Source: an uncultured Candidatus Micrarchaeota archaeon (GTDB taxonomy: Archaea > Micrarchaeota > Micrarchaeia > Anstonellales > Bilamarchaeaceae). From it: 64,000 nt of DNA. A model generated the notes under the pieces. It was not told the origin of the DNA. It ran no database searches and saw only the letters and a program-made list of their open reading frames with translations. Positions 19,336 through 29,126 of this stretch are shown here, piece by piece. The position numbers and the translations under genes are program-made. Where the stretch lies: the NCBI GenBank assembly GCA_963714085.1, contig OY970229.1, forward strand, positions 100,849 to 164,848, in the 5' to 3' direction. The first letter of the stretch is position 1. Each line of letters opens with the position of its first letter.

Positions 19336-20010
19336 GTGCCGGGTGCATTAGGCTGGCGCCGCTGTCGGACGGCCCCAGACCGCTTCCTGGCCGCTGTGGA
19401 GCGGTGGCAGGATGATATTCTTGCGTGCCATCAGCATATCATGGCAAGGGGCGAGGCGGCGGGCGCAAGGCTCATGGAGGTGTCGGACCGGCTCGTCGGG
19501 ATACGCGCCGGCATCCGGAGGCCGAACGTGGAATCCAAGATACGCGTGCTTAGGGAGAAGGTGCGCAGGATCGCGTCCGGGCGCTGCACCGCGGAGCAGG
19601 CGGACAGGTTGATTGAGATACTCTGCCTTCCGGTGGACCTGGATTTCCGCCAGAGGATGGAACTCGAGTCGTTCGACGCCGCGAGCCTGGCGAAGAAGAG
19701 CCTGGCTCTCGCGGAGCTGATGGCCTGCACCCCGGAGCTCGGGGCGCTCCAGTTCTGGCGGCCCGGCCTTGGCCCGGCGGCCCTGGGGGGCGCGGACGCG
19801 AAAAAGAGGATGTCCAGGCTGAGGCTCATGCCAGAGGTAAGGCGAAGGAAGAAGGATCGCATATTCCGCATGTTGAAGATCCCGGCATCCGTGGAGACGC
19901 TAGTCCATGACATAGAGCGCGATTACATGGTCCTTGACGAATGCCGGAAGCTCGAGGAGAAAATCGACCATTGCCTTTCGAAGATAAAGGAAAACCTGGC
20001 GCGGCTTTAA
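19336..20010 (+). CDS. Hypothetical protein
   Basis: 224-aa ORF divergent from the GH19-like gene. The C-terminal half is protein-like (charged, helical). The N-terminus is uncertain. Confidence 0.4.
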   Translation: MPGALGWRRCRTAPDRFLAAVERWQDDILACHQHIMARGEAAGARLMEVSDRLVGIRAGIRRPNVESKIRVLREKVRRIASGRCTAEQADRLIEILCLPVDLDFRQRMELESFDAASLAKKSLALAELMACTPELGALQFWRPGLGPAALGGADAKKRMSRLRLMPEVRRRKKDRIFRMLKIPASVETLVHDIERDYMVLDECRKLEEKIDHCLSKIKENLARL

Positions 20011-20055
20011 GCCTTCAGGGCGCTTTTTAAACTGTATTACTAAAAATGTTAAAGT

Positions 20056-21378
20056 ATGGCTGCAACGCCTAGGTGCGGGCTTCAGATACCGAAAAGATGC
20101 CCCGAATGGCTCCACATCCCCAGCGATACCGCGGCATGGCATAGCAAGAGGCCGTGGGTCGACCGGCCGGAATGCGACTATTACGACTGGGCCAGGGGCG
20201 TGCGCTCCGCCGACGCCGCACACCAGCTGGCGCACAGGAGCTTCGAATCGCTTTTCAGCCTCAGCCTCCGCGAGGTTGCGGACAGGCACGCCCAGGTGGC
20301 AGAAGAAGTGCGGGGAAAGATCTGCAGCGCGTTCAACAGGAACCCGGCGAACAGCGTCAGGCCCGAGCACGTCGTTCTGGGGCAAAGCATCTCCGAGCTG
20401 TCCAATCTGGCCGCGTATCTGCTGTTCTTGAGCTTCCAGAAATTCTGCATTCCGGAGGAAGGCAGGTACACGTATCAGCAGTTTTTCAACGCATTATACC
20501 TTCCAGCCGAGGTGGCGAGAAAAAAGGCCACGCAACAGGTTTTCCGCGTCAATGCCGGTTATCCGTTCTATGAGTACAAACCTGAAAAAATCGAAGCATG
20601 CGGAGGCAATCCTTACGACTGCTATTGCGACTTCAGCCGTATGGCGGCTGGCAGGGAACTGCCCATAAGCGCATGGGAACTCGCTACCCGGGAGGTTTCC
20701 CATGACGGTTTTTGTTCGTGCGTCCATCACAAGCGAATGCCACGCATCGATAAAGAACCGGAAGGCATTTTTAGATTTGGCGACGGGGCGCATGTGAGCA
20801 ATTTTTCCGAGATTGACCTCGCGCGATGGGACGCGTTATTCGGCAGTTTCGGAAAGTTTTTGGGCGGGGAACCGCTTGCCTTTGCGATAATGAGCGACCG
20901 GATGCTCGATCATCTGGAAAAATCCGGGCACGGGCTCAGAAAAATCGCAGGCCAATTCGCACCAGAAGCAGGTTTAGGTGCGGATTGCACCGAAACCGCC
21001 CATTGGATATCTTTGCCGGAATTGGAGGCTGCGAATGCCGTTTTGGGCCATTATCTGTCTTTGCCGCAACTGCCCATGCATTATGCATATTCTCATTGCG
21101 CCACGTCTGGCAGTTACTATGAAGGTTACGCGCGGCTGCTCAGGGTCGTTTCGGAATCATTCGCCGAATACAAGGGCCTCGGAATAGGCTATATCGAAAA
21201 TGCATGTGACAATCCAGTTTGTTGGTCCTACAGGTTCCGGGTGTCATTTTCACAGTACCAGGCTGTGGACCCCGAACGGGCCAGGAAGATGCTCGATGAC
21301 GCCAATCAGGTCTATCAGCATTTGAGGACCCGGGAAGCGTTGGAGAGGAAAGTGCTATGGGTTCCGAAATCCGAATAG
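20056..21378 (+). CDS. Divergent paralogue of the 22107..23798 protein (degenerate PLP-dependent class-V aminotransferase fold plus shared C-terminal domain)
   Basis: GSFGKFLGGEPLAFAIMSD and CTETAHWISLPELEAANAVLG align with NSSKALGGEPTVGMCYVSD and AAGCAHWVSLPELFSLYATIE of the convergent gene. Confidence 0.5.
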   Translation: MAATPRCGLQIPKRCPEWLHIPSDTAAWHSKRPWVDRPECDYYDWARGVRSADAAHQLAHRSFESLFSLSLREVADRHAQVAEEVRGKICSAFNRNPANSVRPEHVVLGQSISELSNLAAYLLFLSFQKFCIPEEGRYTYQQFFNALYLPAEVARKKATQQVFRVNAGYPFYEYKPEKIEACGGNPYDCYCDFSRMAAGRELPISAWELATREVSHDGFCSCVHHKRMPRIDKEPEGIFRFGDGAHVSNFSEIDLARWDALFGSFGKFLGGEPLAFAIMSDRMLDHLEKSGHGLRKIAGQFAPEAGLGADCTETAHWISLPELEAANAVLGHYLSLPQLPMHYAYSHCATSGSYYEGYARLLRVVSESFAEYKGLGIGYIENACDNPVCWSYRFRVSFSQYQAVDPERARKMLDDANQVYQHLRTREALERKVLWVPKSE

Positions 21379-22110
21379 CTACCTCATCACCCTCATTATG
21401 TCGCTCATTATCGGCATGAGCTTTCGCTCCGACTTCCTGAGCAGCTCCGCGGCAGTGCTTTCGCTTATGCCGAGCTTCGCGCCCAGCTCCTGGAGGCTTA
21501 CCTTCTTCGGTTCCTCATAATATCCGTACCTGCACGCAAGGTCGAACAGCTCGTACTGGCGCGGCGTGAGGAGCTCTGACGCGGATTTGAGCTGGAGGTA
21601 GCCGCTGGAAGAGAATATGTCGAAATTGACCTTCTCCTTCGTAGTTATGAACCTCTTGGACTTGAGCCTTATGTCGTAGTTGCCCTCCACAATCTCCAGG
21701 AATTTCCGGTAGTTATGGTAGCTCGGCGCGAAGAGCGTGACCACGTCCGTGCCGTTCTGGCTGTAGGTCGGCTGGAGCCATGCAACCCCCGAGCTTGCGA
21801 GCTTTGGGGCAGTGGATATGCAGTTGTCCGCTCGTATCGCGACCCAGCTCGTCCGCTCGCCCTTCTGGACCACCCGCACCTCCCTTACCTCCTTCAATGA
21901 CCTGGACCGCTCCAGCATCCCCGCAAGCTCGTCGCTGCCTATCTCGAACAGGTTGGTTACGGTGTTCCTGTCGCTGGACAGCGTCATCAGCCACCGTATC
22001 TTGATGCCGTGGAGCCTTTCGCTGGCGTCGCAGCTGACGCACTTATGGACCTGCTCCAGTTCCACGATCAGAGGCGATTCCCCCATGACCCTGTTTTCGT
22101 CTTTTTTCAT
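21379..22110 (-). CDS. HTH_10 (Bat-type) family archaeal transcription regulator
   Basis: C-terminal LTPRQYELFDLACRYGYYEEPKKVSLQELGAKLGISESTAAELLRKSERKL is the HTH_10 DNA-binding domain. Confidence 0.8.
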   Translation of the reverse strand: MKKDENRVMGESPLIVELEQVHKCVSCDASERLHGIKIRWLMTLSSDRNTVTNLFEIGSDELAGMLERSRSLKEVREVRVVQKGERTSWVAIRADNCISTAPKLASSGVAWLQPTYSQNGTDVVTLFAPSYHNYRKFLEIVEGNYDIRLKSKRFITTKEKVNFDIFSSSGYLQLKSASELLTPRQYELFDLACRYGYYEEPKKVSLQELGAKLGISESTAAELLRKSERKLMPIMSDIMRVMR

Positions 22111-23798
22111 TTATTAACCTTCCCCCGCTCTGGAGCGATGCGCGCCTCGGCTGCATTCCGTATGGCCTGGTCGCCATGATAGCCGGCTACTGCCCGCAAC
22201 AGCCACTCGTCCTGCGTGGATTGGACCAGTGCCATCGCCCGGCTCGGCTCTGCGAAGAAAATCGCATCGAGCTTCTCGAGATTTTTCATGATTCTGCCGT
22301 CATTTTTTCTATTCACGGAGGCGTCTTCGATCAGGCCCCTCTCTAGGGAATATGCAAGCCTGCTTGCCAAACCCCTCACATGCTCGATGCTGTGCTCCGG
22401 GGACAAGCTTATCCTGATAGCATACGCCACGTACAAGAAACCTGTGAGCACGGGCCTGCCCGAAATGTCGTGCTCGGACAGGTTCTCGAATGTTATCGCG
22501 TATGGTGCCATGTCCTTCCTGAACGTGATTTTCAGCTCGAAATCCATCGATTGGTATCCGGGGTCGTTCTTCATGATCGCGAAACTGACGAAATGGGGCG
22601 CTGAATCCACCGAAGGAAGCCGGATGCCCGACCAGGCAGCATTGAACGAAAACACCGCCGCGCAGAGATAGTCCTTGAGCTTCTTCATCTGCCTAGCCCG
22701 CTCTTCCACATCCAGGCTTTCTATCGTAGCATACAGGGAAAACAACTCGGGCAACGATACCCAGTGCGCGCATCCTGCCGCGTCCTTCGGTCCCACTGCC
22801 AGGCTGGTTTCAGGGCTGAACTGGAACGCGATCCTCGGCCAGGATGTCCTCGGCAGCTCCTTCTCCATGATGCCGAGTACCTCGTCGCTGACATAGCACA
22901 TGCCGACGGTGGGCTCTCCGCCGAGTGCTTTCGATGAGTTCATCACCACCACATCGCCTAATTCAGCGGCCTTGAACCTCAATGCTCCGACAGAATGGCT
23001 GGCATCGACGATATGCAGCCACACGGGCCCGATCCTTTCTATCTCCTGCCAAATCGCCCGGAGGTCTTTCTCACCGCTAATTCGGTTGACGTGCGAGCAG
23101 TACGCCACGTTCGGCCCGCCACCGAGTTTTCCAGCCGCAGGTCTGCCACTCGGGGGCATGGGGCTCCGATGCAGGTCGGCATCCGAAACATACTCGAATT
23201 CCCCCGTTATTTCAGACGAACCGGTATTCGTGACGAATTTCAAACCAAACCGCTCTCTGAAGTGACGCATTTCTGCGATATCGTCGAAACTCCGCAACAG
23301 CTGGTCCTTTGCCCCGAAATTCTGGAAGGTCAGCCTGTCCGCGGTCCGGCGATTCTCCGTTACAAATATCTCAAGAGCATTGAATTCGCTGCGATCAGCA
23401 ACAAGGTTGTATCTTCTTTGCCGCCCCAGGCTCAACAGTACGGGTATCAATGTCCGCATCGCAGAATTCCCGAAAAAGATATTCCTGGGTTCGCATTCCA
23501 AAAGCTCTGCCATTCGTTTCCGCGCTGCTTCCGCAAGATTAAATCCGCCGCTTGCAACCGCCGCGGCCCCCTTTTCACTAAGCAGCCTGGGTGTTATGTC
23601 ATTGTAATATTCAAGAGCCGCCTCATGGCCCGCGTCGCTTCCCCGTATGCCGGAAGCAACATCGAAATACCATTTCATCGGTATGTCATTTGGATCGCGG
23701 CCGTGTTTTTGTGTTCTGTCGAGAAGGGGCGTTTCGCTCGCCGTTGCGCTATGCTGCCAGCGCTCTTTGTGTTTCCACAGCCCCTGACTCTTAAACAT
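22107..23798 (-). CDS. PLP-dependent class-V aminotransferase-fold enzyme (cysteine desulfurase/epimerase-like) with a C-terminal extension of about 200 aa
   Basis: WLHIVDASHSVGALRFKAAELGDVVVMNSSKALGGEPTVG is the class-V core with the PLP-lysine in the SSK motif. Its start overlaps the stop of the HTH_10 gene (ATGA). Confidence 0.6.
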   Translation of the reverse strand: MFKSQGLWKHKERWQHSATASETPLLDRTQKHGRDPNDIPMKWYFDVASGIRGSDAGHEAALEYYNDITPRLLSEKGAAAVASGGFNLAEAARKRMAELLECEPRNIFFGNSAMRTLIPVLLSLGRQRRYNLVADRSEFNALEIFVTENRRTADRLTFQNFGAKDQLLRSFDDIAEMRHFRERFGLKFVTNTGSSEITGEFEYVSDADLHRSPMPPSGRPAAGKLGGGPNVAYCSHVNRISGEKDLRAIWQEIERIGPVWLHIVDASHSVGALRFKAAELGDVVVMNSSKALGGEPTVGMCYVSDEVLGIMEKELPRTSWPRIAFQFSPETSLAVGPKDAAGCAHWVSLPELFSLYATIESLDVEERARQMKKLKDYLCAAVFSFNAAWSGIRLPSVDSAPHFVSFAIMKNDPGYQSMDFELKITFRKDMAPYAITFENLSEHDISGRPVLTGFLYVAYAIRISLSPEHSIEHVRGLASRLAYSLERGLIEDASVNRKNDGRIMKNLEKLDAIFFAEPSRAMALVQSTQDEWLLRAVAGYHGDQAIRNAAEARIAPERGKVNK

Positions 23799-23851
23799 GT
23801 TTTAATTTATGTCAACAAAAGCTTAAAAACTCGCTTGAAGATAGTCTAACC

Positions 23852-24433
23852 ATGATAGCCGGGCTCGACCTTGCGGGAAGCGGAATGCGCGATACCGGGT
23901 ACTGCCTGCTTGATGGCAGGAAAGCGAAGGTAGCGATACTGCACAGCGACAGGGACATACTCGCCGCGCTCAGGAGCGACAGGCCGGACATCGTGGCGAT
24001 AGACGCCCCGCTCTCGCTCCCCAAAGGCAGGAGGAGCATAGACGTGCGCGACGCTCACCATTTCCGCGGATGCGACCTGGAGCTGCGCAAGCTGGGCATA
24101 CGCTTTTTCCCCATCACATTGGGACCCATGCGCATGCTCACCAAAAGGGGCATGTCGCTGAAAAAGAAGATCGCCCGCGCGCTTCCGAAGGCCCGCGTGA
24201 TCGAGGCGTATCCCGGGGCGGCCTACGACCTGCTCGGAGCGGAGCGCAAAAACAAGAAGGCGATACGCTCGCTTTTCCGAAAATACGCGCTCACGCTTCC
24301 TGGACGCCCGCTTTCGCAGGACGAGCTGGACGGAGTCTGCTGCGCGCTGGTCGGGAGGATGTTCGCGGAAGGGGATGCGGTCGAGATAGGCGACAAGAAG
24401 GAGGGGACCATCATAATACCGAAAGCCAAATGA
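23852..24433 (+). CDS. DUF429-like RNase H-fold protein
   Basis: IAGLDLAGSGMRDTGYCLLDG...IVAIDAPLSLP resembles YqgF/DUF429-type nuclease-fold openings. Confidence 0.4.
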   Translation: MIAGLDLAGSGMRDTGYCLLDGRKAKVAILHSDRDILAALRSDRPDIVAIDAPLSLPKGRRSIDVRDAHHFRGCDLELRKLGIRFFPITLGPMRMLTKRGMSLKKKIARALPKARVIEAYPGAAYDLLGAERKNKKAIRSLFRKYALTLPGRPLSQDELDGVCCALVGRMFAEGDAVEIGDKKEGTIIIPKAK

Positions 24434-24457
24434 ATGCCTTCGCGATGCAGAATCGCT

Positions 24458-25699
24458 TCATCGCGAATATTTTTCCCGTATCTCATTGACCGCGGTCTCG
24501 AAGTGGCTCACATGGACCGGCCCGTGGCGGTACGCCTTTCCGGAATAGGTCTCGCGCGTGTCGCTCCAGCCGCCCAGGTGCCCGTTGCTGTTGAACGCCA
24601 GGAGGTCCAATGCGTTATTGAACATGCGGAGGGACGCTGGCGAGGCCATCATTCTCATATAAGCGGCCGCATCCGGGAAGTACACGAGCGCGCCGCCCGT
24701 GCTGAAGTCCGGGCAGCCGTAATCCCCAGGCACTCCCTGGATCCCCTGCCCGTCCCCTGGGAAGATATCGTACACGGACATGGGATGGCGTCCGGCCAGG
24801 GCGTGCGCCACGTCCTCGTTGATGACGACCTTGGGCTTTCCAGATGCCGCGGCGTAGATCCCTCCGAAGGCGAACGCTTCCAGGTCGCAGTACTCCCTGG
24901 GGTAGCATCCGTCCATGGAGTCGTGCATGAAGAATATGTCGGTTTTCAATGCGATGCCATGGGGGACGTGGAGCGGAAGCGCGTCGTTCTTTTCCACGAA
25001 CACGTATCTCACGGTCGCGGGTTTCCCGAAGACCTCGAGTTCGAAAACAGCGCCGCCGTCGCTCTTGTGGAAATCCTTTTGCACTATGTACGGCGCGATG
25101 AGGAGCTTCGCGAATTCCTCGGCAAACTCTTCCGCGTGGGCTTTGAGCTCGGTGAAAGTGTACGAAACCCTGACATCCGCTATCCGCTGCAGCATGAGCC
25201 CGAATTGTAGCACCGCGATGTGCGTCCCTGCCGCGGGATACGTTATATCGACCGTGTCCCCGCTTTTGAGGCCGAGGAAGCGCACCATGTCGGCATAGGG
25301 GAGCCTGGAGATGGTCTCGAGCGAGTTCATGGGCGCGCCATCCATCCTTATGCGGCTGAAATGCTTCAGGAAATCCGGGTTCTCCAGGGAACAGATGTCC
25401 GTGCTTCCGGACGATCCTTTCTTGCATTTTTCCATCTGCCCGCCCGCGGGTCTTTCCGCGGCCAGAGCCTGGGAAGACGGGGTTTTTTGCTCCTGATGCC
25501 GCTTGTTTCCTTTCGACATCAATTTGAAGAAGGCCGAACTCAGCGGGCCATGGTCACGTGTTCCGTCCGAGGCTGGTTTGAGCGAGCACGCGCCCGATGC
25601 AAGGGCGCCTCCCAGAGCGAGGAGCGGAAGATATCTAGCCAGCTTGCGCTGCAGGCGCCCGGTTCGGGCTCTCTCTGGCTGCATCTGGCGGACAGGCAT
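24458..25699 (-). CDS. Secreted hypothetical protein with a lipobox-type signal peptide
   Basis: LLALGGALASGACS is L-A-S-G-A-C after a hydrophobic stretch. 413 aa. The overlapping plus-strand ORFs are antisense artefacts. Confidence 0.5.
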   Translation of the reverse strand: MPVRQMQPERARTGRLQRKLARYLPLLALGGALASGACSLKPASDGTRDHGPLSSAFFKLMSKGNKRHQEQKTPSSQALAAERPAGGQMEKCKKGSSGSTDICSLENPDFLKHFSRIRMDGAPMNSLETISRLPYADMVRFLGLKSGDTVDITYPAAGTHIAVLQFGLMLQRIADVRVSYTFTELKAHAEEFAEEFAKLLIAPYIVQKDFHKSDGGAVFELEVFGKPATVRYVFVEKNDALPLHVPHGIALKTDIFFMHDSMDGCYPREYCDLEAFAFGGIYAAASGKPKVVINEDVAHALAGRHPMSVYDIFPGDGQGIQGVPGDYGCPDFSTGGALVYFPDAAAYMRMMASPASLRMFNNALDLLAFNSNGHLGGWSDTRETYSGKAYRHGPVHVSHFETAVNEIREKYSR

Positions 25700-25859
25700 A
25701 TAGTATAATATGGTTAGAAGTGTTTAAAAATAAGACTTTGTGGCCATATCTCCGGGCAGGTACGCGATCCGGATCCGGACGGACTAAATCGGCTCGCTTA
25801 GCTAAAGATTATAAAAAGATTCAATTCATGTATGAGCAACATATAATGGGAGTGAGCAT

Positions 25860-26807
25860 ATGGCAAACGCAATTGGAGGCATGCCTCTTCAGCACAGTAC
25901 GCGCAAGGACGTGATAAGCGTCGGATGGAGACCGGCAGTGGAACGCCGATTTGACGCGAACCGGTACAGGCCGATCACCGGATGCATCGAAAAGCTGGAC
26001 CGCGGCAAGTCGTTGGTAGTGAAGGCCGCGTTCGAGATGGACCCGAATGGATGGACGGGTTATGACTATCACCTGGGCACAGCAATAAACCGCACCGAGC
26101 GCCACTCGGGCGGAGGCTTCATGCAGCTGGAGTGCATGGAAGACGGGATAAAGGCCGTTGATTTGCTGCAGCAGGTCTACGACCTGTGCGCCCTTCTCTC
26201 CCATCCGCGGATCTGGTACGACCAGTCCTGGTTCAGGGCCTCGCGCGGGGAATACGCCATCGAAGAGGCCAGGGCCGTGCTCAGCATCGAGAAATCCGAT
26301 CCGGTCTTCGGCAGGCGTGATAGGACATTCGCCGGAGCCTATTATCCGAGCCGTGCCAAGATCCTGAGGATCATAGAAAGGCTTACGACGCCCGAGGCGC
26401 AGGATGACATAACCGCCATGGTGGACATGAGGCGCATGATAAACTTCGACTCGTTCTGCATCTCCACGCACCCTGGAAGGACCGACGATGGCAAGAATTG
26501 GGAGCTCGCGCATGAGAAGATGGCCGCGAGGGCGATCTGGTACATGAGGAACAACCCCTGGCTGGAGACCTGCTGGGAGCACTGGATGGACGTATCCGGG
26601 CCGCTCGATATGCCGAGACCCTACGCCTCCATCAATGAGCTCGGCATGCTGGATAGGACCGACAGGCTCAAACTCCTCGTCCCATTGCTGAGCCTGCTGA
26701 AAAAGGACCAGAGCATACACCTGGTCAAGGCGAATACGTCGGTGCAGTCGTACCTGGTTGACATCACGGGCAAAGACAGGCTGGATGGAGACCATCAGCG
26801 AAAGTGA
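25860..26807 (+). CDS. Hypothetical protein A1 (first of two tandem paralogues)
   Basis: 315 aa. It shares HxGGGFMxLxCxEGGIxAxxLLxxVYDLCAxLxHPRIWYxxxxxxxxRGEYAIEEARAVL and INFDSFCISTHPGRTDxGKNWELAxEKMAAR with A2. Confidence 0.6.
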   Translation: MANAIGGMPLQHSTRKDVISVGWRPAVERRFDANRYRPITGCIEKLDRGKSLVVKAAFEMDPNGWTGYDYHLGTAINRTERHSGGGFMQLECMEDGIKAVDLLQQVYDLCALLSHPRIWYDQSWFRASRGEYAIEEARAVLSIEKSDPVFGRRDRTFAGAYYPSRAKILRIIERLTTPEAQDDITAMVDMRRMINFDSFCISTHPGRTDDGKNWELAHEKMAARAIWYMRNNPWLETCWEHWMDVSGPLDMPRPYASINELGMLDRTDRLKLLVPLLSLLKKDQSIHLVKANTSVQSYLVDITGKDRLDGDHQRK

Positions 26808-26811
26808 CGCT

Positions 26812-27708
26812 ATGAAAAACACGGCTGAAAGGGAGTTTCTCGGATGCAGCAAGCGCGGGGATGCGATAAGCATCGGATGGAGAGCGAAGGACCGTGAGCC
26901 CATCATCGAATTCATCAAAAGCCCGGGCACCCCCCTGGAAGTGAAGATGGCGTTCGAGGTGGACGGCCGGAGCAAGAAAAGACATGATTATCGCTCGGCC
27001 AAAACAACGGACTGCCCGGATGCCCACTTGGGCGGCGGGTTCATGAGGCTCAAGTGCGTGGAAGGCGGGATAACGGCCGCGGAACTGCTACGGCCGGTCT
27101 ACGACCTGTGCGCCTGGCTCCCCCATCCGCGGATCTGGTACGAGCGGTACATCTGGCCCGAGCCAATGCGCTCCCGCGGGGAATACGCCATCGAAGAGGC
27201 CAGGGCCGTGCTCGGTCATGGGCAATCGAAAGCGATCTTCGGCAGCCGGGAATTCGCCGGGGTGTTTTACCCCAGCTACGCCAAGGTCCTGGGCATCCTG
27301 GAAGAGTTTACCACGCCCGGGGAAGAAGCGAATGATGAAATAACGAGGATGATCAACTTCGACTCGTTCTGCATCTCCACGCACCCCGGAAGGACCGACG
27401 CTGGCAAGAACTGGGAGCTCGCGCAGGAGAAGATGGCCGCGAGGGTCATCTGGTACATGAAAAACAATCCTTTCGCGAACAGCGGCTTTGACCGCTGGCT
27501 GGACATAGTGGGGCCGCTGGAGATGCCAGACGGCTTCCATTCCATCGATGAGCTGGGCAAGCTGGATGGGGCCGACAGGTTCCACCTCCTCGTCTCAGTG
27601 CTGAGCATGCTGAAGGGGGACGACAGGCTGCACCTAGTCAGGACAGGGATACCGGTGGAGCTCTACCTCAACGGCGTGATAACCAGGCACAGGCCGGGCG
27701 ACGACTGA
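26812..27708 (+). CDS. Hypothetical protein A2 (paralogue of A1)
   Basis: The start was moved to the MKNTAE Met by alignment with A1. It lies 4 nt after the A1 stop, so they form an operon. Confidence 0.6.
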   Translation: MKNTAEREFLGCSKRGDAISIGWRAKDREPIIEFIKSPGTPLEVKMAFEVDGRSKKRHDYRSAKTTDCPDAHLGGGFMRLKCVEGGITAAELLRPVYDLCAWLPHPRIWYERYIWPEPMRSRGEYAIEEARAVLGHGQSKAIFGSREFAGVFYPSYAKVLGILEEFTTPGEEANDEITRMINFDSFCISTHPGRTDAGKNWELAQEKMAARVIWYMKNNPFANSGFDRWLDIVGPLEMPDGFHSIDELGKLDGADRFHLLVSVLSMLKGDDRLHLVRTGIPVELYLNGVITRHRPGDD

Positions 27709-27735
27709 TCCTGCGTGGAGGATCAGGCCCGAAGT

Positions 27736-27797
27736 GAATGTGTCAAAAGAAGGTAAGACATAATTTTATAAAAGGTTTTCAGCAATAGATAACGATG
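27736..27797 (+). promoter_or_regulatory. Conserved promoter/leader element with TATA box TTTTATAAAA about 22 nt upstream of the B1 ATG. It is repeated upstream of B2.
   Basis: gaatgtgtcaaaagaaggtaagacataattttataaaaggttttcagcaatagataacgATG is about 85% identical to 29062..29126. Confidence 0.55.
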
Positions 27798-29036
27798 GCA
27801 GAAGGACCAGTTCATTCACCTCCAATCGCAAGGCCGGCTGCGCCCAGGACGCTGTTGGATGTCGTCAAACGCCACGCGCCAGAGATCCACGAGCGCATCG
27901 CAGGGCCGAGAAATCCGGAACTTGATGCGCTCTCCTATATCGTGAAACGGGCCATGGCCTCCCAAAGCGAGGACGACCCCGCGCTGAGGTCGCAGATACA
28001 CTCGCTGCCGCCGGAATCCATCGCGACGATACTGCTCAAAGCATACCGGCCCAAAGAGAGCTACGCCATAATGATGAGCGGCCCGGAGATCATCGAGTTC
28101 ATCGCCCGCTGGAAAGGGGACGCGGAGAGCATCCCATCGCCCTGGCCCGCGTGGTTTATCCCGAGCCGGCCAGCTTGCGGGGAAACAAGACCCGGTTCTT
28201 TGCAGTCATTCGCGGAATTTGTGGAGAGATGGCATGCTGAACCGAAGCCCGGATGCGACGCGGACCCCGAGGTGGCGTCCTCCGAGTTTTCGGCTGTTTT
28301 CGCCAATGTCCTGAAAGGCGTGGAAAGCCTGGCCGCCAGGAACTCCGGACTGCTCGCGGGGCTGGCCGCGGACGCGTGCGAGTTCATCGCCTGCCTCCTG
28401 GCCACGCAGCCGGAAGCCGCGGCCGCACGTTTCGTGATTACGGACATGTTGATCGCGGATAAGCGCACCATCTCGGATATGCAGCCCGAGGGAACGTATG
28501 CCGACATCGGTTGCGGAATGAGCGGCGTCGCCTGCATGCATGCGCTGGACAGGCGGCTTGTGCTGGTCGACAATGACGCGCTGATGACCGGGATCCTCGC
28601 GTCATACGCGCGGAGGACGGGCAGGGGGAATGCGGAGGTCAGGAACACGGACATCACCTCGGGCACCTGCGATGAGGGCTCGTTGGGATTGGCGAACGTG
28701 GAATACGTGCTCCATTACCTGTCCGAGGGGCAGATAGTCGATGCGATACGCAATCTGGCCCCTGCGCTCGCGGACAACGGGCTGATGCACATATGGGAAC
28801 CCGAGGAAGGATGCTGCAGATTCGAGAGCCCGGAGAAGATAAACGCGATAAGAATGGGGCTGGCGGGGAGCGGCCTTTTTTTCTTTGAGAGGAGGATAGA
28901 ACTGCGTTCCATCTGGTCGCCCTTGGTCAGGTCGAAATGGGACGTCGAGTTCGTCGCCGCGAGGAGAAGGGAGGAGCTTGAGAGGGCGATGGCTGTGCGG
29001 GATTCGGCGTTGCAGTCGCAGGATCCGGATCCTTAG
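27795..29036 (+). CDS. Class-I SAM-dependent methyltransferase B1 with an N-terminal helical (dimerisation-like) domain
   Basis: YADIGCGMSGVACMHAL is motif I. LVLVDND is the motif II acidic loop. EYVLHYL is motif III. Confidence 0.6.
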   Translation: MAEGPVHSPPIARPAAPRTLLDVVKRHAPEIHERIAGPRNPELDALSYIVKRAMASQSEDDPALRSQIHSLPPESIATILLKAYRPKESYAIMMSGPEIIEFIARWKGDAESIPSPWPAWFIPSRPACGETRPGSLQSFAEFVERWHAEPKPGCDADPEVASSEFSAVFANVLKGVESLAARNSGLLAGLAADACEFIACLLATQPEAAAARFVITDMLIADKRTISDMQPEGTYADIGCGMSGVACMHALDRRLVLVDNDALMTGILASYARRTGRGNAEVRNTDITSGTCDEGSLGLANVEYVLHYLSEGQIVDAIRNLAPALADNGLMHIWEPEEGCCRFESPEKINAIRMGLAGSGLFFFERRIELRSIWSPLVRSKWDVEFVAARRREELERAMAVRDSALQSQDPDP

Positions 29037-29061
29037 CCGCGCGCCGGAGAATTCAAAACCA

Positions 29062-29126
29062 ACCCGGACGATATGTGTCCAAAAACGGTAAGACATAATT
29101 TTATAAAAGGTTTCCGCCAATAGATG
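29062..29126 (+). promoter_or_regulatory. Second copy of the conserved TATA-containing promoter element (upstream of B2)
   Basis: gatatgtgtccaaaaacggtaagacataattttataaaaggtttccgccaatagatgataATG. Confidence 0.55.

Noticed and set aside
24434-25427. ORFs 24434..25210 (+) and 24615..25427 (-)
   Set aside because: They overlap the 413-aa lipoprotein gene in other frames or strands. Arg/His/Gly-rich composition indicates non-coding frames.
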